DNA of 64,000 bases from a virus (IMGVR_UViG_3300042691_036629:53500-117499); one strand, 5' to 3'; counted from the stretch's first letter, positions 39,577 to 48,569 are shown. Notes: a model not told the origin generated them from the sequence alone. Translations and numbers: made by a program.

Positions 39577-39579
39577 AAC

Positions 39580-39783
39580 TTATATTTCAACTACTTCAAA
39601 TTCATTAACTGGAAAATCTCCATTCTCTGTGTAAATAACATCATCATAACAATCTAGCATTTCTTCAGCATCTAATTTTCTACCAAATGTTATAAAAGCC
39701 TCTTCCTCAGGAATTAAAAAGGCACCACCCTCATCTTCATATAAAAAGGTATTAGTGGGTTTGTGTTTAATTGCGTATCTCAT
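39580..39783 (-). CDS. hypothetical small acidic protein
   Basis: 67-aa ORF. Confidence 0.35.
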   Translation of the reverse strand: MRYAIKHKPTNTFLYEDEGGAFLIPEEEAFITFGRKLDAEEMLDCYDDVIYTENGDFPVNEFEVVEI

Positions 39784-39785
39784 AT

Positions 39786-40094
39786 TTATTTTTTAAATGA
39801 TCTTATATGACTTAATAAATCTTGTACAAAATAAATCTCAGATTGATGAAACCCATCAATCTCCAATATCTTCATAGACTTCTCTAAACTTCTTTCAAAT
39901 ATTCTATTGTAGAATAGTGCTTTCTCACCATCAAACTTCTGATTGAACTTATTAACAGCATCTCTGATGTAATCACATTGCTTATAAAGTCTAAGTAATG
40001 AACCACTTTCTGATTCCTTAACTATGAATTCAGATAACACCTCAGCAATGTTAACTAACTTCATGAAATTCTTATCTTTTAATAAATGTTCCAT
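39786..40094 (-). CDS. hypothetical protein
   Basis: 102-aa ORF. Confidence 0.4.
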   Translation of the reverse strand: MEHLLKDKNFMKLVNIAEVLSEFIVKESESGSLLRLYKQCDYIRDAVNKFNQKFDGEKALFYNRIFERSLEKSMKILEIDGFHQSEIYFVQDLLSHIRSFKK

Positions 40095-40095
40095 C

Positions 40096-40341
40096 TTAAT
40101 CAGTTAAACGACCAACCCAAGTTCCAATTAAAACCCCTGATATGGCAGCAATCGCACCAGTCAACATTCTTGGCATAAATAAACCAGTTACAAACTCGAT
40201 TGTGAAAATTGATGTCCATAATAAAAGACATAGTATTATTACAACTAAAATACCCCTAAACCCTTTATCTGGTCCCTTTCCAATAAAATTTCTAATAAAA
40301 TTTTCCATACTATCTATATAAAAATAAACAAAGAGAAACAA
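40096..40341 (-). CDS. small membrane protein
   Basis: 81 aa with two TM segments. Confidence 0.4.
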   Translation of the reverse strand: MFLFVYFYIDSMENFIRNFIGKGPDKGFRGILVVIILCLLLWTSIFTIEFVTGLFMPRMLTGAIAAISGVLIGTWVGRLTD

Positions 40342-40495
40342 ATATTACAGTGATTATAAATCCCCATAACAACCCATGTAGTGCTGTTATGAATATAAAG
40401 AATAAAAGACTACCTAAAATAGGTCTCAATTCCTTCAATAAAAATCTCTTTAGTTTCATATAACAAATATACTAAATTATTTTAATATATACACT

Positions 40496-40927
40496 ATGAA
40501 ATATCTAAAACTATTTGAAAAATTCACTATTGAAGAACTCATTGAAAATAATAAAAAGGCTAATGAAATACTAGAAGATATTAAAAGTATATCATATATC
40601 ATAGAAGATGAGGGATTTGATATTCAATATACCTTTCAATTCAGTAAAGATTGGAAACAATCATTTATAAATGTTGATGATTATAACACATCAAGAGATG
40701 CTGGTAGAGCTAGAAAAAAGATAAATGGAATTTCTTTAGTTATTCACAAAAATTCGATTGAGACATCTAAAAAAACTAGACTTGATTTTTCACCTTCTGA
40801 TAATGAAATACTTAATAATTTTATTGTTCTTCTGAAAGAACACTTAGATTATATAGATGGAAAATCTATTCTAAGTGGGCGCGGTAATTTTAATAATTCA
40901 ATGAGTATTTTAATTCAATTTGGTTAA
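40496..40927 (+). CDS. hypothetical protein, MKYLKLFEKF N-terminal family
   Basis: 143 aa, with TAATATATAC just 5' of the ATG. Confidence 0.5.
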   Translation: MKYLKLFEKFTIEELIENNKKANEILEDIKSISYIIEDEGFDIQYTFQFSKDWKQSFINVDDYNTSRDAGRARKKINGISLVIHKNSIETSKKTRLDFSPSDNEILNNFIVLLKEHLDYIDGKSILSGRGNFNNSMSILIQFG

Positions 40928-41640
40928 GAGTAGAATTTATCAGAAAACACACTATAATTATTACCAACAGAATTATGATCGTTTATAACAGCAAAAACAA
41001 CCTCTTTATATAAAGATGAATAACCTTCTTCAACTAAAACCTTTCTAAATAATTCTGACATCACATGGGGATCATTCCCAAAAACACCACAACCAAAAGC
41101 TCCCAAAACCAAGTTCTCAACACCATGTTTAGATGGGATAGTAAGCATCAATCTTATCTTTTGGAGTGTAATCTCTTCATAAGTCTCTTTATCATAACTA
41201 CGACTGTTTAAGTTTATAGCAGCTATCGTAATAATATCACACTCAACCGGTTCCATATCATTATAATCCTTATCTTTAAAGAATGTAGCATCTGATGTAT
41301 AAAGACAAGTACCATCTTCTAATGGATAAAAATCTTCTACAATTGAATTGATTAAGTTAGAACATCTAAATAAACATTCTTCTTGAGCTCTGGCTCCATT
41401 ACGAACTCCACCACCCGGTTTCTTATACGAAGCCATATTCAAGCCACAAGTTTTACCAGACTTAGATAACTCTACAAGAGCAGATACCGTATCTAAATTA
41501 ACGACCTTAACATTACCTTTATAAACTGATAAATAAGGTCCAACTATCTCATTATTTGAATGTTGTGTTGTAACACCATCATTAAACTTCACGGACTTGA
41601 TTTGAGTATCGTGAAATATCTCTACTAAATTATTTCTCAT
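40924..41640 (-). CDS. macro-domain-like / microbial PARG-like (DUF2263-type) protein
   Basis: KKPGGGVRNGARAQEECLFRCSNL matches the GGG-x6-8-QEE signature of PARG/macro-like ADP-ribose-processing enzymes. Confidence 0.5.
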   Translation of the reverse strand: MRNNLVEIFHDTQIKSVKFNDGVTTQHSNNEIVGPYLSVYKGNVKVVNLDTVSALVELSKSGKTCGLNMASYKKPGGGVRNGARAQEECLFRCSNLINSIVEDFYPLEDGTCLYTSDATFFKDKDYNDMEPVECDIITIAAINLNSRSYDKETYEEITLQKIRLMLTIPSKHGVENLVLGAFGCGVFGNDPHVMSELFRKVLVEEGYSSLYKEVVFAVINDHNSVGNNYSVFSDKFYS

Positions 41641-41642
41641 AT

Positions 41643-41942
41643 TTATAAATTATCTGGTTTAGGTGGTTGTTCACCTTCTTTTAAAATCCTATCTTTTGGT
41701 GGTGCAGGAACTGGATCACGCCCTTCTTTTATTATCTGACTTCTTGGTGGTTTTGGTTTACTAATCTTACCATTAACATACTTAACAGCCTCAGGTCCTC
41801 TTGTTACAATAACCTCTTTGATACTATCGACAACAGTATCCTCAATTTTACTTTTGAAAGAAACAATCTTCCAAATTAAAAATAATACAGCAATCGCAAT
41901 AATTCCTAATACGACTACTAATGATATTAAAATTCCATTCAT
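41643..41942 (-). CDS. membrane-anchored Pro-rich protein
   Basis: N-terminal TM segment and a C-terminal PKPPR...PVPAPPK...PPKP tract. Confidence 0.4.
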   Translation of the reverse strand: MNGILISLVVVLGIIAIAVLFLIWKIVSFKSKIEDTVVDSIKEVIVTRGPEAVKYVNGKISKPKPPRSQIIKEGRDPVPAPPKDRILKEGEQPPKPDNL

Positions 41943-41947
41943 ATTTT

Positions 41948-42208
41948 TTATATTACACCGATCTTTTTAAGTTTAAAATCTCTTCTATCAGAAACCGTTC
42001 TAAATAATTTCTTTGGATAAGAACATCTGAGCATTTGAGAACCCTTTGGTCCAGAAACATAATCATCAAAGTAAATTAAATATTGACCTTCGAGCCGAGG
42101 TGGGACCACTAAATCAGATACCTCTCTAAATTTATACCACTTACCAACCTTCAAACTCTTGTAATAACCACAACCATTTGATACACACTGAACCATCCCA
42201 TCTTTCAT
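41948..42208 (-). CDS. hypothetical small protein, tail RRDFKLKKIGVI
   Basis: 86-aa ORF. Confidence 0.45.
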   Translation of the reverse strand: MKDGMVQCVSNGCGYYKSLKVGKWYKFREVSDLVVPPRLEGQYLIYFDDYVSGPKGSQMLRCSYPKKLFRTVSDRRDFKLKKIGVI

Positions 42209-42247
42209 CCTAATATCTTTTTTAATTTACAAATTCCGTATAATAAA

Positions 42248-42574
42248 TTAAATACCTAACTCCTCAAAATTCATTTCATCTAAAACCTCAATAGGAACCG
42301 GACTTCCATCCATTATCTTAGACAAAACTCCATAAACCCAACCACTGAAACCAGCATAACTCTCCTTGTGACATTTATAACAACTACCACTAGCTCCTAT
42401 AAAGTAATAGTAATCACTATCAGATTCCACCTTAACAATACCAGAGTTCATCTTCCAACGATCACTGCCGGCATAACCACCACGCCAACCACCGAAAACT
42501 CGATAGTAAACACCATCAACACCGTCAATTTTTAATATAACCCAGTTCTCTGGGCTTTCAGTTACCACTCTCAT
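42248..42574 (-). CDS. hypothetical protein, tail EMNFEELGI
   Basis: 108-aa ORF. Confidence 0.4.
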   Translation of the reverse strand: MRVVTESPENWVILKIDGVDGVYYRVFGGWRGGYAGSDRWKMNSGIVKVESDSDYYYFIGASGSCYKCHKESYAGFSGWVYGVLSKIMDGSPVPIEVLDEMNFEELGI

Positions 42575-42870
42575 AACTTTGATATTTCTTCTTTTATACG
42601 TGGGAATAACAATTCATGATTTAAAACTCCCTTAACTACTTCTCTCTTATATTCAATACTTGCTCGATATCCGGGTTGACTCCAAAATCTTCTTAGACCA
42701 TAATTAACTTCTCTGAAAACATCAATTATATCATCATACTCATCAATTAATACACGTAAAGGTATATCTTTAAACCTATCTTCTCTTTCACGAGCATAAG
42801 ACGTAACATAATCAAAAATATAATTCACCTTTTCTTCTAAAGACTTTTCTCTTAACTCTTCTAATGTCAT
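42571..42870 (-). CDS. hypothetical protein, tandem paralog A
   Basis: 99 aa. Starts MTLEELREKSLEEKVNYIFDYV and ends GVLNHELLFPRIKEEISKL. Confidence 0.5.
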   Translation of the reverse strand: MTLEELREKSLEEKVNYIFDYVTSYAREREDRFKDIPLRVLIDEYDDIIDVFREVNYGLRRFWSQPGYRASIEYKREVVKGVLNHELLFPRIKEEISKL

Positions 42871-43166
42871 AACTTTGATATTTCTTCTTTTATACGTGGG
42901 AATATCAATTCATGATTTAAAACTCCCTTAACTAATTCATTTTTAAATACATTAGCACCTAATCGATACCAATCGGTATGATATTCAGCTGGTCTTAAAC
43001 TCCTATTAACTTCTCTAATAGCATCAAATATATCCTTATATTCAACAATTACTCCACGGAAAGAAATATTTCTAAACTTTGGTCCCAATCCATGAGAGAT
43101 AACGTAGTCACATATATAATCTACCTTTTCTTCTAAAGGACGATCTCTTAATTCTTCTAATGTCAT
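42867..43166 (-). CDS. hypothetical protein, tandem paralog B
   Basis: 99 aa. Starts MTLEELRDRPLEEKVDYICDYV with the same C-terminus as paralog A. About 65 nt of near-identical DNA at both gene starts. Confidence 0.5.
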   Translation of the reverse strand: MTLEELRDRPLEEKVDYICDYVISHGLGPKFRNISFRGVIVEYKDIFDAIREVNRSLRPAEYHTDWYRLGANVFKNELVKGVLNHELIFPRIKEEISKL

Positions 43167-43555
43167 ATTCCTATAATATTATTTAATTTTATTTCTCTTC
43201 TGATTGCTGGTAAATGTTTGTAAAACTCATCACCAAGATCGAGATCCCAAATAAACTTAGGTTTAATAGTTAAATTTACCTTACTAAGACCAGAACTCTC
43301 AAAACTTGTAATCTCTCCATGTATAACCCTATTTACAGTATTTATTCTAATTCTAAAACATCTCAATACAATTAAATCAAACCTCTCATTTTGTTTAAAA
43401 ATATTCTCAATATCATAAAACTCGTTAGTGCTAAAACCAGTATGTCTATTTACACCACTATAAGTTATGGAACCATCATCCAATAAAGTAAAGTAATCAA
43501 AATCAAATGAAAATGATTCAGCCTTATCCGATAAACAAAATGTGATCTTATTCAT
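43163..43555 (-). CDS. hypothetical protein, tail IRREIKLNNIIGI
   Basis: 130-aa ORF. Confidence 0.4.
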   Translation of the reverse strand: MNKITFCLSDKAESFSFDFDYFTLLDDGSITYSGVNRHTGFSTNEFYDIENIFKQNERFDLIVLRCFRIRINTVNRVIHGEITSFESSGLSKVNLTIKPKFIWDLDLGDEFYKHLPAIRREIKLNNIIGI

Positions 43556-43556
43556 A

Positions 43557-44018
43557 TTAAATCGACTTTAGAAAATCATCTAATGACTTATTACCCTTCT
43601 TACCATTACACTCACCACAACATGGAGTTATATTACTAACATCAAACCTACCTCCTCCTCTTGATACAGGAACGATATGATCAATCGTAGCCTTTATACT
43701 TTCTTTGACACGCATCCCATCATACTCAATAACCAAATCTCCCTTACCACAATAAGTACACTTAATATCACCATCACGAGATAAAACACTCTCTAAATAA
43801 CTTCTACTAAACTCAATACGTTTATTAATCAAATCCATCTTCTCTATATAATCCACATCCATCTCCATTAAATATTTTCTTAATAAGATAGAAGATGCTA
43901 ATGATTTACAATTACTAACATCAGATAATATTAAATCCACCTCTTTTGTAGACCCCGAACTCGACTTCTTAACAAACTTTATCATATTATGTGTGTGATT
44001 ATATACAAATATAATCAT
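43557..44018 (-). CDS. HNH endonuclease
   Basis: CTYCGK...IDHIVPVSRGGG...NITPCCGECNGKKGN is the HNH/zinc-finger signature. Confidence 0.7.
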   Translation of the reverse strand: MIIFVYNHTHNMIKFVKKSSSGSTKEVDLILSDVSNCKSLASSILLRKYLMEMDVDYIEKMDLINKRIEFSRSYLESVLSRDGDIKCTYCGKGDLVIEYDGMRVKESIKATIDHIVPVSRGGGRFDVSNITPCCGECNGKKGNKSLDDFLKSI

Positions 44019-44042
44019 TTAATAATTCTTTTCAAAGAAAAG

Positions 44043-44768
44043 TTAAATTGGTAGATTAACTTTATTTAAAAGTTGATTAGAAACGTGTGTATATATCTCT
44101 GTTGTTTTGGTGGATGAGTGACCTGCTATTTTCTGTATTATTCTTAGATCTGTTCCATTTTCTAAGAGGTTGGTAAAGGCTGAGTGTCTGAGGGTATGTA
44201 TAGATGAATTTTCATCAATATATTTTTTATAGATATTTTGACAGGATTGTATTGAATATTTGTTTGTGGATTGACCATTAAAAAGATATTCTTTTGGTGT
44301 ATATTTTTCTGAATATATTTTTATTAGATTTTGTACGTTTTCTGAAAGTGGTACAATTCTATCTTTTTTACCTTTAGCATTTTTAATATGAATAATCATT
44401 CTTTTGGAGTCAATATCTTCTATTTTAAGATTTATTATTTCGGAAACTCTTAAACCAACTGAATAGGTTAAAGTAAGTATAGTTTTATGCTTAAGGTTTT
44501 CTATTTTAGAAAGTTTAGATTTGATATAATCGCCTACATCATTTGTCCATTTTCCATTAAAAAACGCAGGTGTTTCAAATATAACATTAAACCCCTTATC
44601 AACAATGAAAAAATTCATAGTATCAGAAAATACACCCCAAAAAAATCCATTAGAATCTTTAGTGTTATCATCTATTATATCTCCAATAGTTTTACTCTCA
44701 CTAACATCAGATATATTCAAGTTTTCTTTAAACTCTTCGAAACTTTGTATGTTATTTTTACCTTTCAT
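44043..44768 (-). CDS. tyrosine recombinase catalytic domain with non-canonical N-terminus (truncated/chimeric integrase)
   Basis: Catalytic motifs GLRVSE (box I Arg), HTLRHSAF (HxxR) and GHSSTKTTEIYTHV (Tyr). The N-terminal about 70 aa are unrelated to a core-binding domain and are shared with the neighbouring gene. Confidence 0.65.
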   Translation of the reverse strand: MKGKNNIQSFEEFKENLNISDVSESKTIGDIIDDNTKDSNGFFWGVFSDTMNFFIVDKGFNVIFETPAFFNGKWTNDVGDYIKSKLSKIENLKHKTILTLTYSVGLRVSEIINLKIEDIDSKRMIIHIKNAKGKKDRIVPLSENVQNLIKIYSEKYTPKEYLFNGQSTNKYSIQSCQNIYKKYIDENSSIHTLRHSAFTNLLENGTDLRIIQKIAGHSSTKTTEIYTHVSNQLLNKVNLPI

Positions 44769-44830
44769 CTTTGTAAATTATTTTAGTTTATATATTAAAA
44801 AGAAAACCTAAATATATCTGTGACCGTTAG
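44694..44830. repeat. direct repeat unit copy 1 (5' coding end plus upstream region)
   Basis: ACTCTCACTAACATCAGATATATTCAAGTTTTCTT...TATATATTAAAAAGAAAACCTAAATATATCTG...CGTTAG, repeated at 45001-45140. Confidence 0.7.
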
Positions 44831-45075
44831 TGAGAATAGACTGGAATACATTTATCCATATCTATATCATCTAAAACTTGAATGTCACCTCTTTCTGCTT
44901 CTAAATCTTGTAGTGTAAAATATCCACCTTGTAGTTCTATATTGAGAATTCTGTATATTTTACCATTATATTCACATCTATCTGGAATCATATTCCATCT
45001 ACTCTCACTAACATCAGATATATTCAAGTTTTCTTCTGACTCGTTAAATCTTTTAAGGTGTGTTAATTTATTCAT
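44827..45075 (-). CDS. hypothetical protein sharing N-terminus with the integrase gene
   Basis: MNKLTHLKRFNESEENLNISDVSESR. Compare the integrase N-terminus MKGKNNIQSFEEFKENLNISDVSESK. Confidence 0.45.
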   Translation of the reverse strand: MNKLTHLKRFNESEENLNISDVSESRWNMIPDRCEYNGKIYRILNIELQGGYFTLQDLEAERGDIQVLDDIDMDKCIPVYSH

Positions 45076-45140
45076 AACTCGTTTATTATTTTTAAGTATA
45101 TATTAAAAAGAAAACCTAAATATATCTGAGTATCGTTAGA
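45001..45140. repeat. direct repeat unit copy 2
   Basis: Near-identical to 44694-44830. Confidence 0.7.
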
Positions 45141-45240
45141 TCACATTGAAACGCAATCTAACAAAGAATATTTATCATTGAAACGAAACATATTCTCAAC
45201 CGTTATATACAATAAAAATTTTACACCCTTCTTAAAAAAA

Positions 45241-45690
45241 TTAAAATTTTTTTGACATATAAAGAACACCTTGTCCAGTATTATGATAAATTTCAAATCC
45301 AAAACTCTTATATAAATTTACTGCAGGTTTATTATGTTCCATAACCTGTAAATCCACAATATCTACACTGTATCTTAAATATTCTAAAACTTTTTCCATT
45401 AATATTTTAGAATATCCTTTCTTTCTATATTGTTCTTTTATCATTAAATCCCACAAACTTATATGTGGTTGATTATTGAATTTATTATTTTTAATGACAT
45501 TACTAAACATTGTCCAACCTACCACTTCACCATCTTTCAACAATTCAAAACGATGTCCATCTATATTAGTTGAAAAATAATCTAATTTTTCAAGTTCTTC
45601 CCTAATAAACTCTCGTAGAGTTGTTTTTATTTTATGTTTCATATCTAATTTTAATTTTTTACCATCCCACATTTTTACGGTATATAACAA
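45241..45690 (-). CDS. GNAT-family N-acetyltransferase
   Basis: 149 aa with an acetyl-CoA-binding motif-A-like IKEQYRKKGYSKILM. Confidence 0.6.
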   Translation of the reverse strand: MLYTVKMWDGKKLKLDMKHKIKTTLREFIREELEKLDYFSTNIDGHRFELLKDGEVVGWTMFSNVIKNNKFNNQPHISLWDLMIKEQYRKKGYSKILMEKVLEYLRYSVDIVDLQVMEHNKPAVNLYKSFGFEIYHNTGQGVLYMSKKF

Positions 45691-45769
45691 GGTGTATATG
45701 CAAGTTTTTTATTAAGTCATAGTATATATTAAAGGTTAGAATTAAAAAACCTACATATACAACCAACCG

Positions 45770-46024
45770 TTAGTTCCAATATTTAATTTTATCAAAACTA
45801 TCTCTATGTTTATCACTTACCCAATACCAAAATTTACCATATTCAAGGTAGTTAAACATTGGTATTGCAATTAACATCATCAAAAAATATAAACCAAGTG
45901 CTATAAATCCACCTTTTACTAACCCAAAGTCAAGTGCAAAAAACGCATGAGATAATGGAAATGTAAGTGATAAACCACCTAATATTTTTAAATAAGAAAT
46001 CAAATCTGTTTTTTTCATAATCAT
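45770..46024 (-). CDS. small membrane protein
   Basis: 84 aa with two TM segments. Confidence 0.4.
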   Translation of the reverse strand: MIMKKTDLISYLKILGGLSLTFPLSHAFFALDFGLVKGGFIALGLYFLMMLIAIPMFNYLEYGKFWYWVSDKHRDSFDKIKYWN

Positions 46025-46434
46025 GAATTAAAATTAAATACTAAAACTAACAAAAAATATAAGCAATTATTTCATTACTTTCAAATAAAAGTTGTCTGTT
46101 AATAATTAAGTTCTGTGTTTCAATTTAAGTTTTCGTTAATAACTGCTTATATTCTCAACCGTTATGTGTAAGTTTTCTTAACATTAATTAAAAAAAGTGA
46201 AGTATATGTTAAAACCAAGTTCAGTTAAAACTACAAGTGCTAACAATATACATAACCACATAGTAATTAACATACTTCTATCACCTTTCCACAAAAAATC
46301 TATTTCTTCTATTATCTTTTTCATATTTATATTTTTTTAATTAACTAAAAACCTACACATAACAAATGATAAACAACATTAAAACGATAATTTATCATCA
46401 GACGTTATAAGTAATAAAATTGATGAAAGCTTCG

Positions 46435-46899
46435 CTATTTGAAATAAGTTTCAATAATATCAGATTTAGGTATCAGAACAAAACTATTTTCATCTGGATG
46501 ACTATTATATCCAATATCACTTAATTTACCAATTTTTATACCATTATTATTAATTAAATCATGAGTCTCATCAAAAGTATAATACCCATCTATACTTTTC
46601 AACTCATCTGGTATTATTTTACCAATTTCAAACCAAGTATCACCATTAAATTCGTTTTCAACTAATCCATATCCACAAGATAAAATACTACCATCTTTAA
46701 GTTTAGCAAACCAATACTGATTATTTAATTTAAAATCATTGTATATTTTTTCATAATCATATATAAACTCACAATTATCATTAGATAGTTTATAACACCT
46801 AAAAGCTCTCTGATACTCTAAATCACTCGTTGCTATTATTGAATTCTTTGAATTGACTAACCTCCAAACATCATCAACCTTAAATAATCTACCTTCCAT
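46435..46899 (-). CDS. hypothetical protein
   Basis: 154-aa ORF. Confidence 0.4.
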   Translation of the reverse strand: MEGRLFKVDDVWRLVNSKNSIIATSDLEYQRAFRCYKLSNDNCEFIYDYEKIYNDFKLNNQYWFAKLKDGSILSCGYGLVENEFNGDTWFEIGKIIPDELKSIDGYYTFDETHDLINNNGIKIGKLSDIGYNSHPDENSFVLIPKSDIIETYFK

Positions 46900-47130
46900 A
46901 ACTTATAAATTACCATTAAATAAACCTAATTCCCACATAACTATTGTGTCCTTTCATAGTGAGATATTTCTACAAATATAAATAAAAAATAACTACTTCT
47001 TACCGTTAGGTAAAAAAATTTTAATACATCTCATTTAATAAATCTATACCCTTGGTATAAACTATAACCTCTAACTCAGAAGAATGTTAGAAATCTTATC
47101 CAGTAATAAATTAATCTGTTTCATATTATT

Positions 47131-47472
47131 TTATAATTTAATCCCACATTCTATAAAGTCTTCTGACTTCATTACCTCTTTCAATTTGAAGTACATTTTA
47201 ATTTCATTGTAGGTTGCTTTCTCAATGAATTTAAGATAAGTTTCTAAGTTTTTGAATGTATCGTATGGTATGAATTCAAAATTACTAAAATCCCAATTAT
47301 CGTATTTATAACCGTGTCTCCAAGTTCTGGAAAACCAAACTGGTTTGTCATAAATAACTTTACCTGATAAGTATCTACTATATACTGATTCACCACCACC
47401 GATATAACCAGAAAGAAGTGTAAATCCGTCAAAGAAATATCCCTTTTTGTTTTTTAGATCAAATACATTCAT
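47131..47472 (-). CDS. hypothetical protein
   Basis: 113-aa ORF. Confidence 0.4.
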   Translation of the reverse strand: MNVFDLKNKKGYFFDGFTLLSGYIGGGESVYSRYLSGKVIYDKPVWFSRTWRHGYKYDNWDFSNFEFIPYDTFKNLETYLKFIEKATYNEIKMYFKLKEVMKSEDFIECGIKL

Positions 47473-47626
47473 ATATTTTCGTTTTGATTTAATAAATATA
47501 AGAACTCTATACGAATAATAAAAATAAATTATAGTGTAATGTGAACAATTTTACGTTTATAGAATTTGAATTAGTTTTGATTTAATTTGAATGGAACGAT
47601 TTCAAAGTCATACTTCACTTTTAGTT

Positions 47627-47656
47627 AATACTAAATTCCGCACACTTTTTAGTACC
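47627..47656. repeat. palindromic element copy 1 (ACTAAA-N-TTTAGT family, diverged)
   Basis: AATACTAAATTCCGCACACTTTTTAGTACC. Confidence 0.55.
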
Positions 47657-47667
47657 TTATTTTTCAA

Positions 47668-47697
47668 CATACTAAAATCCGGTCGTTTTTTAGTATA
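47668..47697. repeat. palindromic element copy 2
   Basis: CATACTAAAATCCGGTCGTTTTTTAGTATA. Confidence 0.55.
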
Positions 47698-47907
47698 TTT
47701 TTGTGTAAACTCTATCGCCATTTCATTTTCTCTACCAGTAGCCTTATTTTCAGCACCAATTTGTATATACACACCTCTCGGAAAGCCTTGACCTGCTTAC
47801 GTTTCCAGAGGGTCATTTTTCAGTAAAAAATCCACTGGGTTTTTACCTGGTTTTTAACAATTTTAATCGGTGATTTCGGGCGGCTCGGATCAATCAGAAC
47901 TAAAGAA

Positions 47908-47937
47908 GATACTAAAAAACGTGCGGATTTTAGTATC
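47908..47937. repeat. palindromic element copy 3
   Basis: GATACTAAAAAACGTGCGGATTTTAGTATC. Confidence 0.65.
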
Positions 47938-47956
47938 TTCTCTGAAGTTTAGTATA

Positions 47957-48029
47957 GGTCAGAAGGGACAGGATTCGAACCTTAATCTCTCTCTTAATGA
48001 GAGGCTCTTTCCAGTTGAGCTACCCACCT
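47957..48029 (-). tRNA. tRNA-like gene, anticodon loop AUUAAGA (possibly tRNA-Leu UAA), weak T-stem
   Basis: GGATTCGAACC on the plus strand, so the T-loop is read on minus. Acceptor stem AGGUGGG/CCCUUCU pairs 6 of 7. D-arm GCUC..GAGC. Anticodon stem CUCUC/GAGAG. Confidence 0.5.
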
Positions 48030-48039
48030 AACCTATTTT

Positions 48040-48459
48040 TTAATTTATTAGTGTTTCTAATTGGTAATCTCTTCTTAGTTGAGTTATTGTTCCTTCGAAA
48101 GTAGATTGGAAACGTGTGAATTTCCATTTAACATCGTTTAGGATTAGGAAGCCTGTTTTTGGGCATTTAGATTGAATTACTTTACCGTTTCTTGGTATGA
48201 TATGTTTATAGATTGCGTCTTTGTTTGTAACGATTATGATTGGTTTAGAGTAGTCGAAGTTATCGAATTGTTTAACGATTTCTGGTATTGATATACCTGT
48301 GTGGGTACCAACTTTGAATATTTGGATATTTTCTTTACCTAATATATCGGATAATTCGTTTGCGATTGCGTGTACGTTAAACTCGGTTGTTTTGATAACG
48401 TTTATTATTCCGATTTCTAATCCGATTATTTGTGATTTTATTATAGTGTCAAGGTTCAT
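48040..48459 (-). CDS. hypothetical protein
   Basis: 139-aa ORF. Confidence 0.4.
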   Translation of the reverse strand: MNLDTIIKSQIIGLEIGIINVIKTTEFNVHAIANELSDILGKENIQIFKVGTHTGISIPEIVKQFDNFDYSKPIIIVTNKDAIYKHIIPRNGKVIQSKCPKTGFLILNDVKWKFTRFQSTFEGTITQLRRDYQLETLIN

Positions 48460-48541
48460 ATCTCTTATTTTGTTTTAGTATTTTATACTCTCACTCTGTG
48501 AGTATAAAGATAATGATTTTATCTGTATATCACAAGCTAAT

Positions 48542-48569
48542 GATACTAAAATCCGCACGGATTTTAGTA
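48542..48569. repeat. palindromic element copy 4
   Basis: GATACTAAAATCCGCACGGATTTTAGTA. Confidence 0.65.

Noticed and set aside
44043-47472. Interpreting the recombinase region as an integrated island or prophage attachment module with att sites
   Set aside because: The direct repeats are explained by duplication of a promoter and 5' coding cassette rather than by flanking att sites. No recombinase core-binding domain, excisionase or repressor is evident, and the tRNA-like gene nearby is on the opposite side and not adjacent to a repeat.
47591-47791. 66-aa plus-strand ORF in the repeat-rich gap before the tRNA-like gene
   Set aside because: It is translated straight through two palindromic repeat copies and is hydrophobic low-complexity. 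It is the only plus-strand ORF in a 15-kb minus-strand block, so more likely non-coding regulatory DNA.
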